Below, piece by piece: positions 57,105 through 64,000 of a stretch of 64,000 bases of DNA. The position numbers were made by a program, and so were the translations under genes. Source of the DNA: an uncultured Gemmatimonadales bacterium (GTDB taxonomy: Bacteria; Gemmatimonadota; Gemmatimonadetes; Gemmatimonadales; GWC2-71-9); contig CAVOGR010000002.1 in assembly GCA_963695555.1 (NCBI GenBank), positions 192,001 to 256,000 of the forward strand, in the 5' to 3' direction. Under the pieces are notes generated by a model. That model was not told where the DNA came from. It did not search any database and saw only the letters and a list, made by a program, of their open reading frames with translations. How positions within the stretch are numbered: the stretch's first letter is position 1; the number at the start of each line of letters is the position of its first letter.

Positions 57105-58211
57105 CTGGAACTGCCCAACGAGCACCGAGTACCCCTTACTTGGCTCGTCGAGCATGGCTGCGAGTCTGTGCGCCTGCGCACGTACCGCGACCTCGCCCCA
57201 TCCGGCTTTGCTTCTCCTGAGAGCATGCAAGAAGCCTCCGATGCGGTGGCCGCATCGAAGCTGGTCACGGCCATCACCAAGAAACAGAAACCGACAGGGG
57301 TGTGGGGCAAGACCCTCCTCGGCCCGGCGGCTCCGGGTGGCAGGGGCGAGAAGGACATGGGTGCTCTTGCCGAGTACCGCAGGCTGATCGAGCTGGGGTT
57401 GGACAGTTCGGCTAGACAGATCAAGCTTGCAGACCGCGTCTTCTTTCGGCTCTTGTCACGGGATCCCGATCCGCAATTGCTGTTCGAGTTCCGTACGCTC
57501 GCCAAGACGGATCCCACGATCGAAGGCTGGGCCCGAGAGCGAATTCGTGAAGCCGCCACGGCCGCGCTGGCCGAAGGAGGCCACAGCGACGACCCTCGTA
57601 TCCGGGGCTCCGCCCATAAGATCGCCAGCAGCATCTCTCAGTTCCTGCGCAGCCCGCTGGCCGACAAGCCCCTCGTGAAGGCCGGGCAGAAGACCTTGCT
57701 CCATCCGGATGCCCGCCCACCCACGTGGTATTCAGTGGGGATGCTTGCCGCCATGCCCAGCCTGCGCCGAGAGCGCGCTGGGTTCACCGAGCGGTTGGGG
57801 GCATACTTGGCGAAACCGGGCCTCAAGAAGGACTTCGCCATGCGGGTCGGACGGCGGATTCTGAAACCCAAGGCGCTCTTGATGGGGGATCCCATTCGCG
57901 CCGACCGCCAAGGGAGCCCGAAGGACATCCCCCTCGCCCTGCACTACATCGAGCTCCTGTCGAGAATCGGCGCACTGCACACCGCACCGAATGCGTCGAA
58001 GGTGCTCGCGCGATTGGTCAAAGACTGCGACGAGAACGGTGTGTGGCACCCCAAGAACCTGCGTTCCCGTCCGAAGTCCAGTAGCCTCATGGCCTACCAC
58101 GCGTTCCCCTTGTGCTCGGACGCGAGCACGCTCGAATCGAGGCAGGTCGATGTGACGTTCCGCCTCGCCTTGATCGCCAAGCACTTGGGCTGGGACCTCA
58201 CCTACCGCTAG
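57105..58211 (+). CDS. hypothetical alpha-helical protein (prenyltransferase/squalene-oxidase-repeat-like)
   Basis: QKPTGVW and DENGVW QW-like repeats; start uncertain (CTG 57105 after GGAGA, or ATG 57225). Confidence 0.65.
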   Translation: MELPNEHRVPLTWLVEHGCESVRLRTYRDLAPSGFASPESMQEASDAVAASKLVTAITKKQKPTGVWGKTLLGPAAPGGRGEKDMGALAEYRRLIELGLDSSARQIKLADRVFFRLLSRDPDPQLLFEFRTLAKTDPTIEGWARERIREAATAALAEGGHSDDPRIRGSAHKIASSISQFLRSPLADKPLVKAGQKTLLHPDARPPTWYSVGMLAAMPSLRRERAGFTERLGAYLAKPGLKKDFAMRVGRRILKPKALLMGDPIRADRQGSPKDIPLALHYIELLSRIGALHTAPNASKVLARLVKDCDENGVWHPKNLRSRPKSSSLMAYHAFPLCSDASTLESRQVDVTFRLALIAKHLGWDLTYR

Positions 58212-58278
58212 CCCGCGCTTCAGCCACGGGATCCCGCCAGGCTTGTCACGGGCGGTGCTAGTAGCTCATACTACCAAC

Positions 58279-58965
58279 ATGCCCCGGCTCGACCTCACAC
58301 CGTTCGGATTTACCCCCACAGAGAGCCTGGTCTATGAGGTGCTGCTCAAGACGGGGCCGGGAACGGGCTACGCCATTGCGCGGGCAGCGAGTTTGGCACG
58401 AGCCAACGCCTACAGTGCCCTGGAGGGACTGGTGGCGAAGGGGGCGGCGCGAGTAGCGGACGAGCGGCCCAAGCGATATCGGCCGGAACCTCCATCGACT
58501 CTCGTGGCCAAGATTTCAAACCAACAGGGAACAGCGCTCGAGGAACTCAGCGCAGGACTTTCCGACGTCACATCGCCCAGCTCCCCAACCCTGGTGGAAA
58601 TCGTATCCGTCCGCAGTGTGCTTCGGCTCCTCACCCATGACATCGGACGCGCGCAGACCGAAGTGCAGCTCGTGGCGCCGTCCGACGCCTACCCGCTACT
58701 GGTGCCGGCGCTCAGACGAACCTCGACGGCAAACGTAGTGCTGACACTCTGTTCCACCGCGCCGGTCGATCTCGCTTTTGCGCCGGTCGAGCAGATACCG
58801 GAGAGTCCGTCCTGGCCGGGGAGCCCCTTGGTGTCGGTGATCGACGACCGCTCTGCAATCATTGCCGCACGCCAAGAGGACTCGGTGTTCGGGCATTGGG
58901 GCACGTCCCCGACATTTGTCGCCGGGGCTCGATTGATCATCGAACGATTCCGCCAGGCAAGATGA
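58279..58965 (+). CDS. TrmB-family transcriptional regulator
   Basis: FGFTPTESLVYEVLL..TGYAIA..LARANAYSALEGLVAKG; C-terminal VIDD effector domain. Confidence 0.88.
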   Translation: MPRLDLTPFGFTPTESLVYEVLLKTGPGTGYAIARAASLARANAYSALEGLVAKGAARVADERPKRYRPEPPSTLVAKISNQQGTALEELSAGLSDVTSPSSPTLVEIVSVRSVLRLLTHDIGRAQTEVQLVAPSDAYPLLVPALRRTSTANVVLTLCSTAPVDLAFAPVEQIPESPSWPGSPLVSVIDDRSAIIAARQEDSVFGHWGTSPTFVAGARLIIERFRQAR

Positions 58966-60578
58966 CCGACCTCGATGAAGGGTTCCGGGAACTCCAGGCG
59001 GAGTACTTGGCCGAGGTGCCCAAGCGCTTGGCCGAGTTGCGTGAAGATTTCGTGGCGATCGGCGCCGGGGATACCAAGGCCCTGGACTCGCTCGCCAGGA
59101 AGTTTCATCAACTGGCGGGCTCGGGCGGCTCCTACGGTTTTCCCGAAATCAGCGCCGTCGCGCGAGAAGCGGAGCAATTCATTCGAGGGAATCCGCCCTG
59201 GAACGCCGATAATCTCGGCCACTTGGACGGAGCCATCGAGCGCTTAGGGGCGGTGGTGGCCGCAGTGACCGGCCCCGAGGAGGCATCGTCTGCCCTCGCG
59301 ATAGACCCCACTTTCCGGGGCCACGTCGCTGGTCGCCCCGGGGAGCTACGCGACGCCGTTCGGGACATCCTCACAGGTGCGGGGCTCCGTGTCACGACAG
59401 ATGGCGGTTCGGTCGAGGAAATGTCCCAGGTCGGGGATCTCCCGCCGTCCCAGTGGCCCGACGTGTTGGTCATTGTCGATCACGGCGATGACGGTGACAT
59501 CGACCCCTTCCTTCTTGCAGCCGCATGGTCATCCCTGCGAGTCGCCCGCCTGCAGGCCATCGTGCTCATCCAAGCAGGTTCCGAGGGAGGCGGGCCGGGT
59601 GTCATGCCGGGCGTCGATGCCATCTTTTCGCCTGAACAGGCTCGCTCTGAGTTGCCGGCCTACGTCACAACGACGATCCGCACCGGGTCGCCACCAATTC
59701 GGGTCCTATTGATTGAGGGCGACCTGGATCAAGCCCAGCTCATGACAGGATGGCTCGAGACTGGAGGCATCCAGGTCGTTCATGTCGGGACCGCGTCTCT
59801 GGCCCATCCCATTTTGCACGGGGAATCGCTGGATATGGTCGTCCTCGACGTGACTTTGCCCGATGCCGACGGGCTCGCCTTTGCCCGGCAGATCGAACGG
59901 CATCAACCGTGGTCGGCCCGGCCGGTCCTCCTGCTCGCCGAACCGGCGGACATCGCCCAACATCTCGAAGCCCTGCGTACAACCGGGGATGCGTTTCTCA
60001 CGAAGCCCATCGCTGACAGACAGGGCCCGTTTCTGAACCTGGTGCTTACGCGCGCAGAGCGCGGCCGTCAGCTTCGAGCGACGGCATACCGGGACAGCCT
60101 GACTGGATTGCTCAACCATGCGACCCTGATGGTCGCGCTCGAGCATGCAATCGACCACGCGCGGCGCCGAGGCACCATGACCGCCCTGCTCATCATCGGC
60201 CTCGACGATCTCGAGGGCGTGAACGCCCGGCATGGTCATCTCAGTGGGGATCAGGTGCTTGCTCATGCCGCCAAGGTGCTTCGCGGTGCGGCCCGCGGAG
60301 GCACGCTGCTTGGCCGCGTAACCGGCACGACACTTGGCGTCATCTCTCTGCCGAAGCACGCCGAAGATGCTGGCGCTCTCGCACGACAGATTCAGGCTGC
60401 CTTCGAGACGCACCCGCTCGATCGTTCCGGCGAGGAGCTTATCAGGATCACCGCCAGCATCGGTATCGCGTGTTCTCCGGGAGTTGCTGACAGCGCGCCG
60501 GCTATGCTCAAGGCTGCCAAGCAAGCGCTCGCGCGCGCGCAGGGCGGCGGCGTGGAATCCGCTCCCCCCACGGCCTGA
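58962..60578 (+). CDS. Hpt-(REC-like)-REC-degenerate GGDEF protein
   Basis: Hpt HQLAGSGGSYG; REC VVLDVTLPDADG..FLTKP; DSLTGLLN..GHLSGD but the signature reads TGTTL; ATGA overlap with trmB. Confidence 0.85.
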   Translation: MTDLDEGFRELQAEYLAEVPKRLAELREDFVAIGAGDTKALDSLARKFHQLAGSGGSYGFPEISAVAREAEQFIRGNPPWNADNLGHLDGAIERLGAVVAAVTGPEEASSALAIDPTFRGHVAGRPGELRDAVRDILTGAGLRVTTDGGSVEEMSQVGDLPPSQWPDVLVIVDHGDDGDIDPFLLAAAWSSLRVARLQAIVLIQAGSEGGGPGVMPGVDAIFSPEQARSELPAYVTTTIRTGSPPIRVLLIEGDLDQAQLMTGWLETGGIQVVHVGTASLAHPILHGESLDMVVLDVTLPDADGLAFARQIERHQPWSARPVLLLAEPADIAQHLEALRTTGDAFLTKPIADRQGPFLNLVLTRAERGRQLRATAYRDSLTGLLNHATLMVALEHAIDHARRRGTMTALLIIGLDDLEGVNARHGHLSGDQVLAHAAKVLRGAARGGTLLGRVTGTTLGVISLPKHAEDAGALARQIQAAFETHPLDRSGEELIRITASIGIACSPGVADSAPAMLKAAKQALARAQGGGVESAPPTA

Positions 60579-60597
60579 CTTCGACTAACCGCCCCGG

Positions 60598-63165
60598 TTA
60601 GTGGGCGAAGCCTGGCCGGAGGTGGCCTGCGTCCCGTGGAGCATCGTCAACAAAGAGGAGCTGACCTTCGCGGAACGTGGCTCCGCGAAGCGTGAGCGCG
60701 AGCACCTCGCCCAATTCCTCGACCAGCTCGATCTTGAGGAGCTTCCGCACATCCTCCGGCAGATCTTCCAGGTCTCCCTCGTTCTGCTTTGGGAGAACCA
60801 CGTTGTGAATGCCCGCGCGGACCGCGCCGAGCACTTTCTCCTTCACGCCTCCGATCGGGAGGATGCGTCCGAGGAGCGAGATTTCGCCTGTCATGGCAAT
60901 GTCGAACCGGGCCGGGCGGCCCGACAAGGCCGAGACCAGGGCGGTAGCCATCGCAACGCCGGCGGACGGGCCCTCTTTGGGCACGGCCCCCGCCGGCACG
61001 TGGATGTGCACGTCCCGGTCGAACATCTCTTCGTCGATCTGCAGGGCGGCGGCGTGCGACTTGGCATAGGTCAACGCAGCGCGCGCCGATTCCTTCATTA
61101 CGTCGCCGAGTTGCCCGGTGAGCACGAGCTCTCCCTTGCCGCGCATGGTTGACACCTCGACGAACATGATGTCACCACCGGACGGCGTATAGTACATGCC
61201 GGTGGCGACGCCGATCTGATCCTCACGTGCGGCCCGCTCCGGGTGCACGCGAGCGCGCCCCAAAATTTCGGCCACCTGGTCGCGATCGACCCTCAGGCGG
61301 TCGAATTCCTTGGCGGCAATTCGTCGGGCGACCTTCCGGGCGAGCTTACCCAACTCTCGCTCGAGCTGGCGAACGCCGGCCTCACGGGTATACCCCTCCA
61401 TCACCCCGCACACGGCCGCGTCGGTGAGCTCGAGCTGGTCTACTTGAAGGCCGTTTTCGAAGAGTTGCCGCGGCAACAAGTACTTTCGGGCAATCATCAG
61501 CTTCTCTTGCTCGGTATATCCGGAGAATTCCACTACCTCCATTCGATCGAGCAGGGGGCCGGGGATGTTTTCGATGAAGTTGGCGGTCGCAATGAACATC
61601 ACCTCACTCAGATCGAACGGCACGCCGAGGTAATGATCGGTGAAGCTGTCATTTTGCGCCGGATCCAGGACTTCGAGCAGTGCGCTCGCGGGGTCTCCCT
61701 GGAACGAGACGCCTAGCTTGTCCACTTCATCGAGCAGAAAGACGGGATTCTTGGTCTCCGCTTGTTTCATCCCTTGAATGATCCGCCCCGGCATCGCTCC
61801 GACGTAGGTCCGACGATGCCCGCGAATGTCGGCCTCGTCTCGGGCACCGCCGAGCGAGATGCGCACGTAGTTTCGCCCCATGGCACGCCCGATCGACTTG
61901 GCCACTGAGGTCTTTCCCACACCCGGGGGGCCGACGAACAAGAGAATCGGCCCCTTTGCGGCCTGGTCGTCCTGGCGAGGGAGTGCCGAAGGCTCCTCGT
62001 TCGACTCGGCAGTGTCGGGCTCGGCGTGCGCTACTTTCGAATCCGGGCCTTCGGCGGAGCCGCTCGACGCCGGTGTCGTTGCTTCGGGCTCTTCCTCGCC
62101 CTCCGCCTCCCGGCGCATTGCTTCCGCATCTTGGCGCAGCTGGCGTACGGCCAGGAACTCGAGGATTCGGTCTTTCACGTCCCCCAAGCCGTAGTGGTCC
62201 TCTTCGAGGATCTCCGCCGCCCGGGCAAGATCGAGATGCTCCTCACTCCGCACGTCCCACGGCAGCTCAACGATGTTCTCGAGATAGGTGCGAATGACCT
62301 GGGACTCCATGGACTCGCGCCCAATACGCGAGAGCCGGCTGATTTCCCGGTCGACTTCCTTCCGTGCCGTTGGGGGAAGCTCGAGGGCTTCGAGTTTTTG
62401 CCGGAGATCCTCGAGCTCGTCGAGCTCGTCATCTTCTCCCAACTCGCGTTTGATCGTCTTGAGTTGCTCGCGCAGGAACATCTCGCGCTGACGCTCGCCC
62501 AGTTCCTCCTGGACCCGCGACTTGATGTCCTCCTGCGCATCATACACCGTGATCTGCCGCTGGATGTGCACCAATACCCTACGCAGCCGTTCCTCGACGG
62601 AGAGGGTTTCGAGCAGCATTTGTCGCTGGGCAGGTTCGATGTCGATGTAACCCGCCACCAAGTCAGCGAACTGGCCCGGATCGTTCACGCCGGCGAGGAC
62701 CTGCTGCACGACTTCCTCGGCGAGGCCGGATTTTTGGCCGAGTTCCGCGGCGCGGCTGCGGACCTCACGGTACAGCGCGACGAAATTGGGGTCCTCCGCA
62801 TTGAGCGGAGGCATCTCTTCGGCCTCGCGCACGATCGTTTCGAGATATCCTTCCCGGTCGGTGTATTGCATGGCAATGCCGCGTCGCTCGCCCTGGAGCA
62901 ACAGTTGCATCCCGGCGAGTCCGCGTTGCACCTGACCGATGCGTGCAATGGTACCGATGGTGTAGAGCATATCGGGTGTGACATTCTCGACGTTCTGCCG
63001 CTGGGACACGGCGAAGATGAGCCGGTCGGGTGACGCAAGCGCCGCTTCAATGGCGCGCAACGTGGCAGGTCGCCCCGCACCGATGGGCGCCGTGACCGAG
63101 GGAAACAGCACCACTTCGCGGAGCGGGAGGACGGGAAGCGTTAGATGTTCAGCCATTCGTGACAT
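60598..63165 (-). CDS. lon: Lon protease (endopeptidase La)
   Basis: [51 protein letters not shown]. Confidence 0.97.
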   Translation of the reverse strand: MSRMAEHLTLPVLPLREVVLFPSVTAPIGAGRPATLRAIEAALASPDRLIFAVSQRQNVENVTPDMLYTIGTIARIGQVQRGLAGMQLLLQGERRGIAMQYTDREGYLETIVREAEEMPPLNAEDPNFVALYREVRSRAAELGQKSGLAEEVVQQVLAGVNDPGQFADLVAGYIDIEPAQRQMLLETLSVEERLRRVLVHIQRQITVYDAQEDIKSRVQEELGERQREMFLREQLKTIKRELGEDDELDELEDLRQKLEALELPPTARKEVDREISRLSRIGRESMESQVIRTYLENIVELPWDVRSEEHLDLARAAEILEEDHYGLGDVKDRILEFLAVRQLRQDAEAMRREAEGEEEPEATTPASSGSAEGPDSKVAHAEPDTAESNEEPSALPRQDDQAAKGPILLFVGPPGVGKTSVAKSIGRAMGRNYVRISLGGARDEADIRGHRRTYVGAMPGRIIQGMKQAETKNPVFLLDEVDKLGVSFQGDPASALLEVLDPAQNDSFTDHYLGVPFDLSEVMFIATANFIENIPGPLLDRMEVVEFSGYTEQEKLMIARKYLLPRQLFENGLQVDQLELTDAAVCGVMEGYTREAGVRQLERELGKLARKVARRIAAKEFDRLRVDRDQVAEILGRARVHPERAAREDQIGVATGMYYTPSGGDIMFVEVSTMRGKGELVLTGQLGDVMKESARAALTYAKSHAAALQIDEEMFDRDVHIHVPAGAVPKEGPSAGVAMATALVSALSGRPARFDIAMTGEISLLGRILPIGGVKEKVLGAVRAGIHNVVLPKQNEGDLEDLPEDVRKLLKIELVEELGEVLALTLRGATFREGQLLFVDDAPRDAGHLRPGFAH

Positions 63166-63222
63166 GTACCTCCAGAGGCACCGACACGGTGCCCCGCGTG
63201 GAATTCGTGCTTGGGTACCTAG

Positions 63223-63239
63223 CGCACTCCGTGTGCCAG
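63223..63239 (-). promoter_or_regulatory. sigma54-type -24/-12 promoter upstream of lon
   Basis: Minus strand CTGGCAC-ACGGA-GTGCG; GG-N10-GC spacing exact; ~58 nt before the ATG. Confidence 0.55.
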
Positions 63240-63517
63240 TTGAACCCCCACCCGAATGGATACTGCACATCCCGTTGTCGTGCAATATCTTACGACTGGA
63301 GCCGTCGGGCATTGTCCATGCATCGCGGAGGACCGACCAGGTCGTTCAGTAGGCTGTTTCTGCCACATTGGCGGGCGAAACTGGCAGGTGAGGCATCGGC
63401 AAAGGATGGATGGCAGGCTCGAATTGAGCGCCGACGTTGCCCCGCATTCAATTAATGGCCAGATTGTCCGGTTAGCCTGTGAGTTGCTAATCCCTTCGGC
63501 GTGAGACGGATGGCTCG

Positions 63518-64000
63518 ATGACCGAATCCCGAGAGACCCCGCTTCCAGCTCGACTGGGCAAGGCCCTCGGCGACCACTACACCATCGAGGGTGAGGTTGG
63601 TCGCGGCGGGATGGGAGTGGTCTACCGCGCCCGGGATGAACGACTCCAGCGCCGGGTCGCCATCAAGGTGCTACCCCCGGAGCTGGCTTTTCAAAAGGAC
63701 ATCCGACAGCGATTCACCCGCGAGGCCCAGACGGCCGCCCGCCTGTCCCATCCTCATATCGTCCCGATCCATACCGTCGGCGAAGGCGAGGGTCTGGTCT
63801 TCTTTATTATGGGGTACGTGGACGGCGAGTCGCTGAATCAGCGTCTCAAACGCCGTGGACCACTCGCAGTGGAAGAAGCACGGCGCATCATCAAGGAGAC
63901 GGCAGACGCACTAAGCGCCGCCCACGCCGTCTCGATCATTCACCGCGACATCAAGCCGGACAACATTCTGCTCGAAGGCAAGCGCGGACGCGTCATGGTC
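63518..64000 (+). CDS. Hanks-type Ser/Thr protein kinase, truncated by the window end (absent from ORF track)
   Basis: Manual translation: VGRGGMGVVY, VAIKVL, RFTREA, LSHPHIV, IIHRDIKPDNILL. Confidence 0.95.
   Translation, partial: MTESRETPLPARLGKALGDHYTIEGEVGRGGMGVVYRARDERLQRRVAIKVLPPELAFQKDIRQRFTREAQTAARLSHPHIVPIHTVGEGEGLVFFIMGYVDGESLNQRLKRRGPLAVEEARRIIKETADALSAAHAVSIIHRDIKPDNILLEGKRGRVMV

Noticed and set aside
1..64000. tRNA, rRNA, IS elements, prophage, defence systems
   Set aside because: No recognisable cloverleaf, rRNA, transposase, integrase, phage or defence motifs by eye; tRNAscan/Infernal not run, so small RNAs could be missed

Overview
GC-rich bacterial chromosomal window, densely coding with about 55 CDS. 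It is probably Gemmatimonadota, inferred from protein styles only. I found no rRNA, tRNA, CRISPR array, transposase or integrase. Core content: a caa3-type cytochrome c oxidase operon, tesA/ybbAP-fabI-SDR lipid genes, greA with an orphan groES, ispH, PTPS-pabB-pabA, two divergent phosphofructokinases, a swivel-first aconitase-family fusion, lon and a partial Ser/Thr kinase. Main points of interest: (1) An imuA-less damage-tolerance cassette (Zn-ribbon microprotein, radical SAM, inactive Y-family polymerase, tag, dnaE2) lies behind an AT-rich 18-bp inverted repeat that overlaps the promoter and is a candidate SOS-type operator. (2) A hidden Rdx-family selenoprotein (CxxU, in-frame TGA plus a SECIS-like hairpin), split in the ORF track, overlaps the start of an ATP-type PFK. 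(3) A PTPS with the hybrid CExLHGH motif heads pabBA. (4) Two sigma54-type promoters. (5) Several degenerate signalling proteins. (6) Heptamer tandem repeats. All calls come from motif recognition by eye; no database search was run.
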